Assembly: GCA_030390025.1 (NCBI GenBank)
Contig: CM059431.1
Coordinates: 126,854,001 to 126,918,000, forward strand
DNA length: 64,000 bases
Direction of reading: 5' to 3'
Source: Squalus acanthias
Taxonomy: Eukaryota
Shown: piece by piece, positions 25,610 to 38,149 of the stretch
How positions within the stretch are numbered: position 1 is the stretch's first letter
Layout of the letters: the number at the start of each line of letters is the position of its first letter
Notes under the pieces: model-generated
Database searches by the model: none
The model's input: the letters and a program-made list of their open reading frames with translations, nothing else
Told to the model about the DNA's origin: nothing
Made by a program: the position numbers and the translations under genes

Positions 25610-27128
25610 GGCCCAGAAATTAAACACTGAGGGGGAAAAATTCAGCTGCTTGCGCCTCCCGTTAGCGCCTTAAGAGGGCGCTAATGGGGCGTAAAGCAGC
25701 TAACGCCCGGGCGCAGCGCCGCCCACGCCTCCCGAAAAATTTAGTGGGAGGTTAGCGGCGGCGGCAGCCGGTAGCGCCCTGTGGCGCTGCGCCGCCGGCG
25801 ATGACGTCATCGCCGTGCGCAGCACCCCGCTCGCGCCCTGGCCGTGATCTTCAGTCGCGCCCCCTGATTTACCGCCAGACGCTATGTCCGACGGGTTCAG
25901 GGAGGCGTACGTGCGGCCGGGGCGGCGATATTTAAAGGGGAGGTGGCAGGCGGCCATTTTTGTTGCTGGCCGCCTACCAGCACCTGCCCCCGTTGCTGTC
26001 CCCGGCCCCCGTGAAGCCCCCCCACCGTGAAGTGCCAGCAGCGCTCCAAGAGCCCGGCACTTCTCTTGAGTGCCGGGCTCTTTTGCCGGCACTCCCGATC
26101 CCTGGGGGCCCAGCTGGGCCCCGGTTCGCGCTGCGCAGGGTCCCTCCCCTTTAAGAAGGGGAGGAAGGCCTGCAATACCGTGGCGCGACGTGCCGCAGCG
26201 CGTGGCGCTGCGGCACGTAGCGCCAGGATATTCACTCGCAGCACCCCAAGAGGGATGCGGGGTGCTTCCAGTGGCGCCCCGCTTCCCTCTTGGGGCGCAA
26301 CCACTGAAGTTCCGGCGCGGGGCCGCTAATTTTTTCGGGGCGCTAAAAGTCGCGCCCCGGCGAGGTTAGCGCCCCAAATGGGGCGCGACTCAATTTTTAC
26401 CCCTGAGTGTTCACGCGGGGGTAAGGCTTCCCCGCGATATCTCACTCCGCGCCTACCTTTTTCCTCCGGGCCCACACGAACTTTAGTTTCAAGGCTGCAG
26501 CTGTGCAGTGCTTGCGTGACCCAGAGACGCAATTAGTTCGTGCGAGCTCTGGGATCATGTGATTCAGTTAGAGCCACTGGCAGCATACCATCTTTCATTC
26601 ATAGTTTTGACAGGAAGATCTGTCAAAGCTATGAATACTATACCCCCCAAAAGAACAGCTAAACCTCAATTAAATTAAAAAAAAAGCCATCACATTAATA
26701 AAATAAGTATAGTCAAATAAATTAACCACTTTAAACAAAAAATTACATTTTTGAAAAAATTTAAAATCTTTTTAAAAGTTATAAAAATAAACTTACCTTT
26801 CTTTAAAGTCTCTAAAAAAGATAAACCTGTTGAAAAAAATTTAAAATAATACTTAATTAACTACTTACCTTGTTAAAAGAGGGTCTTACGCCTCCTTTCT
26901 TTATGTGTAAAATCTTCCATGCTTACCTGCGCGTTCAAAGCACTAAGTGCACTGCGTGCGCGCAGCCTGTAGCGCGCACGCGGTTCACTTAGGAACCGCC
27001 CCCTTTTGAATTCACGAAGTGCCGGTTTCCCGCGCATGCGCAGTGCATGCTGGAAACCGGCAATTGGAGACCTAAAACGCGAGAGTACACAGTGCGTACT
27101 CTCGCATATTAGGTCTAATTTTCGGGCC
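25610..27128 (-). mobile_element. Harbinger-type MITE (family C-related) inside the LTR
   Basis: TIRs GGCCCAGAAATTA / TAATTTTCGGGCC; same hairpin modules as 3759-4513 in reverse order. Confidence 0.75.
25631..26403 (+). mobile_element. GC/CpG-rich Harbinger-type MITE (family B), nested
   Basis: TIRs GGGGGAAAAATT / AATTTTTACCCC; TGA TSD; multiple TAGCGCC motifs. Confidence 0.9.
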
Positions 27129-27160
27129 ATTGAATATGTCAAGACTTGGTCGAACAAAAT

Positions 27161-28045
27161 GGGGCAGAATTTGCGGTCGGTAGGATGGTGGAGTACACTG
27201 TCATACCACCTTTGAAATTGACCCCAAATTCAGGATTTGCTCATGCGCTTGCTCTAAATCCCGAAGTTGCAAGCTGCCAAGTTCCAACTTGACAGATCAT
27301 CCACTGTGATTGTAAAATCATTATTGCTGGCACAGATTTGGGCTAATTGCCCACCAACTGCCCAGCAATTACACAGGAAAATGTAATGGCTGTGCAAACA
27401 GGCACAGGAGCCTGTTTGCACAGCATAAGGCGAGGGGGGATATGGGTGAAGCATAAAAACAACAGCTTGAGTGCTCGAAAAGGGATCTGTGTTTATTTTA
27501 CCATATGCTGTGCTGAAATGGCACGTTTTACAGCACATCAGGGCAATGAAGTTCAGTGAATGGGTTATGATGGGTCATGTCATGATTAACTTCCTCAGAA
27601 CTGCAAGATTTAAGTTAAATTAACCAGGGCTGTCATTTCAGTGCATTTAATTGAAGATTGAAAAAAAATCACTGCATTTCCATATTTTGGGTGATGATGA
27701 GGTGCTGAGCTTAACCAGGGACAAATAGATCATGTTCACTTGATTATTATGGACTACCACTGTTATCCCATCAGTCAGATAAATGGTGTAATATGTCAAT
27801 TTAAAATTTGATTGATGTCGGGTATCAGAGATTTCTGTTTCCTGATTGGCGCACCGTCCCACGTGATCCCAGGGACATTACACACATGGTATGCTCCTGG
27901 GATCCATGGGCCACTGCGCTGTGCTCAACTCCGCAGCGAAACAACAAAAGTTTTTGAAGAGGACCTCGCACCAGGTAAGTGCAGATTTCTTTCGGAGGCC
28001 GGCGGCGTACTCCGTAGCTATGCCATCGACCGTAATTTCAGGGCC
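27161..28045 (+). mobile_element. Harbinger-type MITE inside the LTR
   Basis: ~45-bp imperfect TIRs GGGGCAGAATTTGCGGTCGG..GGAGTAC / GTACTCC..TCGACCGTAATTTCAGGGCC. Confidence 0.65.
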
Positions 28046-28230
28046 ACGAAGAGGTTAACTATATTTGGGGTCAGATTCAAATTCTCTTACAAGCCCTCTG
28101 AGAACTCTGCATTTCTCCAACTCTTGTCTCTTACGCATCTCCTACTCATTTCGTCCCCGTCCCGAAGGTCGTGCCTTCAACCATCTGGTCCCTTATCTCT
28201 GGAATTCCCTTCCTAAACCTCTCTGGCACT

Positions 28231-30490
28231 TGACGGTGAGATTTAAGGTGGTCATGGAAAAGGACAGGGATGGGCCGGAAATAAAGGTTCTAAATTGGGG
28301 GAAGGCCGATTTTAATAGGATAAGGCAGGATCTGGCCAAAAGGGACTGGGATCAGCTGCTTGTAGGAAAATCCGCATCGGAGCAATGGGATTCTTTCAGA
28401 AGGGAGATTGAGATCATACAATGGCAGCATGTTCCCGTAAAGGTCAAGGGTGGTTCCAAAAACCGCAGGGAACCTTGGATGTCAGGGGATATACGAGAAT
28501 GGATCAGGAAAAAAAGGAGGGCTTTTGGCAGATACAAAATGCTAAAGACGGAGGAAGCACTAGAGGAGTACAAAAAGTGCAGGGGGACACTTAAAAAAGA
28601 AATTAGGAGATCAAAGAGGGGCCATGAAATAACACTGGCGAGCAAAATAAAGGAAAATCCTAAGATGTTTTATAAGTATATTAAGGGTAGGAGGATAACT
28701 AGGGAAAAAATAGGGCCCATTAGGGACAAAAGTGGCAATCTGTGTGTGGAGCCGGAAGATGTAGGTGGGGTTCTAAATGAATTTTTTGCATCTGTTTTCA
28801 CTATGGAGAAGGACGATGCAGACATAAAATTATGGCAGGGGGACTGTGATATACTCGAACATTTTAACATCGAGAGGGAGGAGGTATTGGCGGTTTTAGC
28901 AGGTCTAAAAATGGATAAATTCCCAGGTCCGGACGAAATGTATCCCAGGCTGCTGTGTGAGGCAAAGGAGGAGATTGCGGGGGCTCTAACACATATATTC
29001 AGAACCTCTCTGGCCACAGGGGATGTGCCAGAGGACTGGAGAACCGCTAATGTAATACCATTATTCAAGAAAGGGAGTAGGGAAAAACCAGGGAACTACA
29101 GGCCAGTGAGCCTAACATCAGTGGTAGGAAAATTATTGGAAAAAATTCTGAGGGACAAAATCAGTCTCCACTTGGAGATGCAAGGATTAATCAGGGTTAG
29201 CCAACATGGCTTTGTCAAGGGAAGATCATGTCTGACAAATTTGATTGAATTTTTTGAGAGGGTGACTAGGTGTGTGGATGAGGGTAACGCAGTGGATGTG
29301 GTATACATGGATTTCAGTAAGGCCTTCGATAAAGTCCCGCACAGCAGACTGGTCAAGAAGGTAAGAGCCCATGGAATCCAGGGTGCCTTGGCACATTGGA
29401 TACAAAACTGGCTCAGTGGCAGAAGGCAGAGGGTGTTGGTCGAAGGTTGTTTTTGTGACTGGAAGCCTGTGGCCAGTGGGGTACCACTGGGATCGGTGCT
29501 GGGTCCCTTGCTGTTTGTGGTCTACATTAACGACTTGGATATGAATGTAAAAGGTATGATCAGTAAGTTCGCGGATGATACAAAAATTGGTAGGGTGGTA
29601 AATAGCGAGGAGGGTAGCCTCAGTCTGCAGGACGATATAGATGGGTTGGTCAGATGGGCGGAACAGTGGCAAATGGAATTTAATCCGGAAAAGTGTGAGG
29701 TGATGCACTTTGGAGGGACTAACAAGGCAAGGGAATACACAATGAATGGTAAGACCCTAGGCAAGACGGAGGGTCAGAGGGATCTTGGTGTGCAAGTACA
29801 CAGATCCCTGAAGGCGGCGGAACAGGTGGATAAGGTGGTAAAAAAGGCATATGGGATACTTGCATTCATTAGCCGAGGCATAGAATATAAGAGCAAGGAG
29901 GTTATGATGGAGCTGTATAAAACACTGGTTAGGCCACATCTGGAATACTGTGTGCAGTTCTGGTCGCCACACTACAGGAAGGATGTGATCGCTTTGGAAA
30001 GGGTGCAGAGGAGATTCACCAGAATGTTACCCGGGCTGGAGTGCTTCAGCTATGAAGAGAGACTGGGCAGATTGGGTTTGTTTTCCTTGGAGCAGAGGAG
30101 GCTGAGGGGAGACATGATTGAGGTGTACAAAATTATGAGGGGCATAGATAGGATGGATACTAAGGAGCTTTTTCCCTTAGTAGAGTGGTCTATAACAAGG
30201 GGGCATAGATTCAAGGTAAAGGGCGGGAGGTTAAGAAGGGATTTGAGAAAGAACTTCTTCACCCAGAGGGTGGTTGGAATCTGGAACTCACTGCCTGAAA
30301 GGGTTGTGGAGGCAGGAACCCTCACAACATTCAAGAAGCATTTGGATGAGCACTTGAAATGCCATAGCATACAAGGCTACGGACCAAATGCTGGAATATG
30401 GGATTAGATTAGATAGGGCTTGATGGCCGGCGCGGACACGATGGGCCGAAGGGCCTCTATCCGTGCTGTATAACTCTATGACTCTATGAC
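28231..30490 (+). mobile_element. Young 5'-truncated CR1 LINE with uninterrupted RT reading frame
   Basis: Open frame to 30407 with PGPD, GNYRP, QHGF, DFSKAFDKV, GSVLGP, FADD; CTCTATGA tail repeats; endonuclease domain absent. Confidence 0.95.
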
Positions 30491-31403
30491 CTACTCTCCT
30501 CCTTTAAGATGCTCCTTAAAACATACCTCCTTGACCAATCTTTTATTCACCCCTTCTAATAGCTCCTTCTGTGGCTCGGTATCAAGTTCTGTCTGTTTAT
30601 GCTTCCGTAAAACGCTTTGGGACATTTCTTATCTTAAAGGCGCTATGTAAATACAAGTTGTTCAAAGCTCATGGAGTTGCTCACTTTACGATACATTAAT
30701 GTATGTGGGTAATATTGGAATTTTATTCATGCTGTTGAACAATCTTCACTGTGAATGATATTACCTCTGTTTTGTAAGAAAAAAGATTAATATTTTTTAA
30801 CTGGTGGTGCATTATGGTTAAAACAAAATTAAGGGAGTCTTAATTTAAAATGCTTGCAAATTTGTTTGCATCAGATTCTGATATCCACACAGTTCACTGT
30901 ACTTTGAAGCTGCTCGTCCCTGTGTATACCTGGAGGGGAGTGTTTTGTAAGCAGCAGATAGAGCAGCACTTTTGGTGGATTTACCACCAGTTTTGAGGAA
31001 GTAAAATGCTACTTGGGCCCAAGATTTTCTTGGAGCTGCTCCTCCTCTGCCACCAGAACTTCACTGGAAGAGCTGTTAATATTTTCTGCCAAATCAACCA
31101 CTGGCATTTCACAAAGATTTTCTATAGGTAGAGAAGTAAAGTATTCGATCATGTAATAACACCTACTATAACTGTTAAGTGCTACAATAAGTCACCCTTT
31201 CAGCCTACGAGATCATTACATCTGGCTCTTGTATGCAATAGGGCATGGAATCCTTTCTGATGCCAGAGATAGTGTTTAAATGGACCTTGTTACTAAGATA
31301 TGGGCCCCAATATTTACTCAGGGTCAGAAAGAGAGCAGGAGGGAGGAAGGATTTCTGGACGGGAAACCTGGAAGTACGGGCGTCCTGCTGAAATTAAGTA
31401 TAG

Positions 31404-32084
31404 GGAGGAAATGTTGAGTCGCGCCCCCTTTGGGGCGCTAACTTTGCCGGGGCGCTACTTTTAGCGCCCCCCGCAGCCGAAATTCATTGGTAGCGCCCCA
31501 AGAGGGAAGCGTGGCACTACTGCAAGCACCCCGCCTCCCTCTTGGGGCGCTGCGAGGGAATATCGCCGCGGTACTGCAGGCCTTCCTCCCCTTCTTAAAG
31601 GGGAGGGGCCATGCGCAACATGACCCGGGGCCCAGCTGGGCCACCAGGGATCGGAGTGCCGGCAAAAGAGCCCGGCTCTCAAGAGAAGTGCCGGGCTCAC
31701 GGAGCGCAGGTGGGGGGGCTGGTCAGGAGGCCGGGGACGGCAAAGCGGGCAGGTGCTGGCAGGCGGCCAGCAACAAAAATGGCTGCCCAGCACCTTGCTT
31801 TTAATTAGCGCCGCCCCAGCCGCAGGTAGGCCCCCCCTGACCCCGTCGGACATAGCGTCCGGCGGTAAGTTAGGAGGCGCTACCGAAGATCATGGCCGGG
31901 GCGCGAGCGCGGCGCTGCGCACGGCGATGACGTCATCGCCGGCGGTGCAGCGCCACGGGGCGCTAATGGTTACTGCCGCCGCTAACCTCCCGCTGAATTT
32001 CGCGGGAGGTGTTGGCGGCACGTGCCCGGGCGCTTGTTACTTTAGGCGCTAATGGGAGGCGCAAAGTAACCGAATTTTTAGGCC
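31404..32084 (-). mobile_element. Family B MITE, second copy
   Basis: Reverse-complement homologue of 25631-26403; TAG TSD. Confidence 0.9.
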
Positions 32085-32182
32085 TAGGACTTCGTTTAAA
32101 TTATTTCAACAGGTTTCCTGCCCAACAGCCAGCCAGACTGAGAGTCAGGCGGGAAAGCAGCTTGGGAGCAGATGCCAAGTAA

Positions 32183-33100
32183 GTAGGAGATCGCGGGAGG
32201 GGTGGTGTGGGGGGAGGGGCGGGGAGAGCAGGAGATCGCGGGAGGGGTGGTGTGGGGGGAGGGGCGGGGAGAGTAGGAGATCGCGGGGGGTGGTCTTGGG
32301 GGGAGGGGCGGGGGGTGTAGGAGATCGCGGGGGGTGGTCTTGGGGGGAGGGGCGGGGGGTGTAGGAGATCGCGGGGGGTGGTTTTGGGGGGAGGGGCGGG
32401 GGAGTAGGAGATCGCGGGGGATGGTTTTGGGGGGAGGGGCGGGGGGAGTAGGAGATCGCGGGGGGTGGTTTTGGGGGGAGGGGCGGGGGAAGTAGGAGAT
32501 CGCGGGGGGTGGTTTTGGGGGGAGGGGCTGGGGGAGTAGGAGATCGCGGGGGGTGGTTTTGGGGGGAGGGGCTGGGGGAGTAGGAGATCGCGGGGGGTGG
32601 TTTTGGGGGGAGGGGCGGGGGGAGTAGGAGATCGCGGGGGGTGTGGTTTGGGAGGATGGGCGAGGGGCGGGTGTGTAGGAGATCGTTGGGGGGTGGTTTG
32701 GGGGGAGGAGTGTGGGTGATTAGTAGATCGCGGGCGGGAGTAGGAGATCGCGGGGGGTGGTTTGGGGGGACGGGCGGGGGGAGTAGGAGATCGGGGGATG
32801 GTTTGGGTGGGGGGCGGGGGGATTAGGAGATCGCGGGGGGTGGTTTGGGGGGAGGTTTGGGGGGAGGTTTGGGGGGAGGGGCAAGGGGGAGGTTTGGGGG
32901 GGAGGGGCAGGGGGGGAGTAGGAGATTGCGGGGTGGGTGGTTTGGGGGGAGGGGAGTAGGAGATTGTGGGAGCGGGTGGTTTGGGCGGGGGGTGGGGGGG
33001 AGTAGGAGATTGCGGGAGCGGGTGGTTTGGGCGGGGGGCGGGGGGGAGTAGGAGATCGTGGCGGGGGATGGTTTGGGGGGAGGGGAGTAGGAGATCACGG
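32183..33100 (+). repeat. 44-bp G-rich minisatellite GTAGGAGATCGCGGGGGGTGGTTTTGGGGGGAGGGGCGGGGGGA
   Basis: About 11 near-identical units with 43-45 bp spacing, then degenerate units, ~20 in total. Confidence 0.95.
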
Positions 33101-34727
33101 GGGAGTGATGTTGGCCTGTCACGAGGGGGGGGGTGGGGGATTGTCGGAGATCGCGGGGGGAGTCAGAGATCGCGATGAGATGTCAGAGATCGGGGGATGG
33201 GGAGTGGGGTTTGTCAGATATCACAGCGGGTGGAGGGGAGTCGGAGATGGATGGAGGGGGGGTGAGTCAGAGATCGGGGGTGGTGTAAAGAGATAAACTT
33301 GTTGAGTCTGGAGGAAACACGCCTGCTCCTCCTGGCCCACATGCATTGCTGCAAATGCACTTAACAACTGGATCCGGCCCTTCTCGTCTCCTTTTACCTG
33401 CTGGCATTCCCGAGCCCCGGAAAAACCATCCATGGGTTAAAAATAAAAATCTTGTTAAAATGGAGGCACGCAGCCTCCTTAAAACATTTTACTGACCCAC
33501 CCGCCTCCTGAGGGTGGATTGGTCGCCCACCCCCCGACCTGCATCCATTAAAACTGAAAGTGAGTAGGGTTGGGGTCGGGTACGAGATTTTAAAATTTTT
33601 ACCTCCCACCCACCTCCAACCACCCAACCTTGGAGGTTAAAATTCCCCCCAAATTTTCGATGACTTTTGCAGTCACAGAGAATATTCTTTAATCATATGT
33701 GGTCATGTGAACTACCTGTCAAAAGCTCCCGAGAAAGCCTCAGCTTCTTTATAAATTGTCACAGTTAGGCCTAGAAGGGATGTTCAGGGCCTTTCACCCA
33801 CTTTCTCGAGAATTGGTTGGGCCTGATTAGCCCATTTTACATACTCACACCTCCTTTTCATCCTCTTCCTCATCTGGTAGCTTGATGGCTGCTGCAACTA
33901 TCAAAAAAGCAATGCATTCAATCCTCTCTCTGGCGCATTCATGCAGTGGCATTAATTTTAATATTTAAGTTGAACATGATTTATATGTTCACTTACATCC
34001 TTCACATATGGTGATTGCTCTCTGGCTCAAGTGCATTGGATTCATTCATAATAATTAGCTTCATTTAAGCTTTTACTGGACCGATGTTAATTATTTTCTG
34101 CTTGTAAATCCCATGTGGGAAAAACCAAACTGTCATTATTATAGCCCAACAATACTTGATGTCAATTCAGACATCGGCCACATGGTGTTGAGTGGACGAT
34201 TTTCACCCTCTCCTCTTCTCTAAATTAAATCGTTGTGACAAAGGTTATTTTTCACATGTGCTGGAATCTAAAATAATAGCACTAGTTTCTCCTAAACTAG
34301 AGGCAGTGATGAGCACAGTAATATTGATGTCACCGTGATTTGTAAGTAGAAGCATATGTGAGATATAATAAATATATCAAATATCTCAGGGTGAAAGATA
34401 TGATTTTTGGTCATTTATCCAATCTATCTTAATTATTAATGCTATGTATAATTTGCTGTTTGTGTGTCAGAACAGCTTTAAATTATAATTTTAATTTTGT
34501 ACCAATTATGTTACTGCGTAAGTTTCAGTAACCTTGGATTGAATTAAACTGAACATTCAGAAGATTGAGATTAGTCCACTGACCCTTCATAAAATAACAG
34601 GTGTATTTTTAAATATTTCGATACTCTGAAATTGTTGGACAACAAAGTTTTATTTTATCTAATTTCTTGAATCGTTACTCTTGCTACACCAGACTACTTT
34701 TCAATAATTTTGTTCATCAGGTTCTTA

Positions 34728-35371
34728 GGGGTCAATTTTCAGTCCAGGACGGGAACTCGGCTAAGCGAGTGGCTGCCGTCTGGGAGCGGCAGTGGGGAGG
34801 ACGAGCCAATTTTATTGGCCAGGCCTCACTAGCATGGCACGAGCCAACTTCCCGACCAAAATGACCTTGAAGTTGATTTGAAGCGGCTACCCGGCCATTA
34901 AAATCATGCATCAAGAGGTCGTTGCCGGGGACCAGAGGGAACAGTCCCCGGCACTAAGTTAAGTTTTGAGGGGATTGTGGTCGGGGGAGTGGGGGAGAAG
35001 TCCAGGGGAGGGTAGGCCCAACATTATGTTGTGGGGCATGGAGGAGCTTAAAAAGCTTCACAAAAATGTATTAAAACTTACCTTTTGCGGCTTTTCTGGT
35101 CCTGGATCCACTTCCCGACAGCTTCGGCCTGGCGGGAAAGCCACTATTATTTCCCTTCTCAGGTCTCAGATTAATATTGCAGTGGGACCCCAATGACATC
35201 ATTGGAGCCCAATCTGCATATTTAAAGAAGGACCCTGCCAACTGTCTGGGTGTCCTTGCTGCCTGCGATTTAAAATTTCAGTCAGTAAAAGTCAGGGCAG
35301 GAGGTCAGTGGGTAAGCCCCAGCTCCATTTTAACACCCTATTTTCATTGGGTGAGCGAGGTAAAATTCCCC
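34728..35371. mobile_element. Harbinger-type MITE
   Basis: TIRs GGGGTCAATTTT / AAAATTCCCC. Confidence 0.6.
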
Positions 35372-35928
35372 TCTAGTGTTTGCTTCATGTTTTTTCTGCT
35401 AATGCATTGGAGGGGGGCGGTTAATATTATAAGTCTGCACTGTTTCTAGGGAGCATTGCCTGCCTGGAGTGCATACTGTGCCCAATTTTTTGACTATTTT
35501 GCTTGGAAAATCATGCACAGTGCAGATTTGAATTTTCAATATGTGCACCCAGCAGGCAATGCTCTGAACTGGCATTGCTACTGTGTAAAATCATCCCTAT
35601 GGCCTGTTGGCACAGTGAAACTTACACCGTACCTTGTGGTCTAATATTTGTTGCTGACTTATATTTGTTAGAGTGCCTTGGCAGACTGCTACTTAATTAA
35701 ACATAGATAAAAATCCATTCACAGCATGTCCTTTTAGGGAGCAACAAATAGGTTTAATTAAAGGAGCAATTTTCATACATTCTGCACCAGGTGGGGAACC
35801 TTGCCCACCAGGAGTGCATATTGGAAATTTGGGCACACACCACATGATTTTCTGGCCAATTAAATTTATAATCAGAAAATCATACATAAAGCTCACTCAC
35901 ATTTCCAATACGTTCTCCCAGCAGACAA

Positions 35929-36370
35929 GGGGCTGGATTTTAACACCCAAAAATGGTCGGGTTGGGGTCGGGTCAGAGGTTAAAATCTTTAAAACCCGAC
36001 CCCAACCCGCCTCCAGCCTGCCCACTTCCAGGTTTAATGGAGACGGGACAAGGGACGGGCAGCCAACCCGCTTACCAATACAAAGATCCCCCCCAGTTGG
36101 ACGGCACCCAGGATTGGACCCCCACCCTCCCCCCCCGGTGTTGTGGATCAAACCTACCTGGCCCTGCAGCCTGCTTCGGAGTACTCCTCGCCCGACTGTT
36201 AGTCAGGCTGACATCCGGGCGGGGAACCTGTCAAGGACAAAAGAAGCATGTTGTGGAATTAAAACTCCACAGCATGTGGGGAAACTTGGACTTCTGGTTT
36301 TCCCTTCTGAAACTCCGCTTCCCCCCCCACCCACTTACATAACCTGCCCCTGTTACTGTCCAGGCCCCAG
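35929..36370 (+). mobile_element. Family D-like MITE, partial
   Basis: Left end GGGGCTGGATTTTAAC followed by GGGTTGGGGTCGGGT..ACCCGACCCCAACCC palindrome. Confidence 0.6.
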
Positions 36371-38149
36371 GTTTTCCAGTGAAGTACAAAGTTGAAAAAA
36401 GACCCCATAAGTGTTCAATTTGATATTTGCATTTCTTTCCTGCCAATAGTGCAGAGTTGGAAAACGACCCCTTACAGAATTTATCTACCATTTATATCAA
36501 CATTGTTCTCGCCTAATTTTACATAAAATAATTGAACATTGGATCTTATCTATGTACTTTTCATAAAATCTAGAGATCTATAAAAAGCCAAATGCTTCAA
36601 TGTTGTTCTTGTTACACAATAATTTCTTTTGACTTTTGGTCCTAATATTTACTGACAACATTTTGAACAGTCCTATTGTAGATCAAGTGAATTTATCTGT
36701 TGGCTTTTGTTGATAATATTTAATGTTTCACTTGATTAAGTTTCTGCATTTGAAACACTTGATATAAGCCTGGCTGGTAGCACTTTTCCTCCACAGTGTT
36801 TAAAATGTTAATGATACAGAGATGCATAAAGACAGCTCAGTTGACTATAACTTTCAGCTTTTTATTAACTCCCCTCAAGAGTACATTTCTATGCTTAGCC
36901 AATCTCCTGCTTTAATATTGCCATACATCAGCGATATAAATGGATGGGTGGATTGCCGTTAGATTTTGAAAAGTAAAAGCTTAATTTGAAATTACCTTCC
37001 AAAAAAAAGACTATAAGCCTTTCAGTATGGAATTTTAAAATGAGAAGTAAAGCTCTGATAAAGCTGCAAGATACAAAAGGTTACTACATTATTCATTGTC
37101 AAAGTCATTACCTTGTCAGATCTGAAAACTAGTGGAAAATTACATCATTATTGTTTAAAAATGGCCCAACCAAAATACAAAAGCTCATTCCCTTGTTATA
37201 ATGAGTAGGCTAACATTAAATCTATTTTTACTCTTCAAAATTAACCGTAAATTGCAATTTAAAAAAAATCTATTCTAATTAAAACTCATGGTTAACAAAA
37301 TCGTTCAGCCACAAGAAGAGCTATTAACTTGCCAAGATACTTTGACAGTCATTGCTTTCAGATTTCAAGAAAAAAATTAAGTTATTTTACCAGATAACAG
37401 TAATAGCTATGACAAAATGGCTGGTGATGCAATGAGGTATGTTGTTGAATGCTAATAACCCATTTGCACTTTATACCCTGAAAATAGTTTGGTTCACGAT
37501 GTGACCCTATTGATTGAGATCAAGTTTATATAAAGGGCGACCTGGTACTGGCCCCGATTTTAAAGGGGGGGAGAGAATATGGTGCTCGCAAGTCCCAAAG
37601 CAGGCAGCGCACCCGGGGAATCTGGGGGCCCAGCCTATCTTAACGGCGAGGCCTCATTTAAATAAATTTCCTTGGGTTCGGCATGAACCCGGCCAGATCC
37701 ACTACCTGGCTGGTGGGCGGGAGCGGGTGTTCAGTGGCAGGAGGCCGAATGTGGCACAAATATTACCTGTCACTTGCCAGTCCAAGCCTGGATGTTTTCC
37801 GGGTCCTACTGGCATGGGTTGCTCCATTCTTGGATGGGATCTGATTGGTAGCTCTGCGTAGCTTCTCTACGTCCATACTTCATTCCAAGGTATGCCTTGT
37901 GCTGCTCCTCACATGTCCTTTACCCTCTACATTGACCCAAGTTTGGTCTCATGACTTGATGGAAATGGAGGAGTGAGCAATGTGCTGGACCACAAGTGGC
38001 ATGCAATTTTGTGCTGCTGTGTGGCTTGCTAGGCTACTTCAGATGACATTGAGTCATGTGTAGGCCAGGCTGGGTAGGGGTGGCAGGTTCCCTACCCATG
38101 GCGTGATTTTAACTCATGACCCCTAGGTTGCTAGTTCATGATATCTTTT

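Larger units (their letters stand above)
25034..28091 (-). mobile_element. Probable solo LTR carrying nested MITEs
   Basis: Perfect TGTAAG...CTTACA termini; 4-bp TSD AACC/AGCC; splits the L2 exactly; orientation inferred from minus-strand ATTAAA ~50 nt before the end. Confidence 0.7.
24945..30662 (+). mobile_element. L2-clade LINE 3' end in three pieces (24945-25033, 28092-28230, 30491-30662)
   Basis: FKILIL.FK.L.GL.., then LRTL..GRAF..P.LWNSLP, then FK..LKT.L and the tail GCGCTATGTAAATACAAGTTG; pieces are collinear once the inserts are removed. Confidence 0.75.
31302..33650 (-). mobile_element. Harbinger-type MITE (family D) containing a nested family-B MITE and an expanded minisatellite
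   Basis: Right TIR GGTTAAAATTCCCCCC; the right ~300 bp are homologous to 6680-6989. Confidence 0.7.

Noticed and set aside
25700..26369. Overlapping GC-rich ORFs or a CpG-island promoter (also 31438-32052 and 53754-54114)
   Set aside because: Three copies of one TIR/TSD-bounded MITE; the ORFs are not conserved between copies
32183..33100. Regularly spaced repeats as a CRISPR-like array
   Set aside because: No unique spacers, no cas genes, vertebrate context; it is a minisatellite
37394..37436. Possible 43-nt exon (TTTTACCAG..GAG|GTATG)
   Set aside because: Splice-like sites only; no partner exons or recognisable peptide
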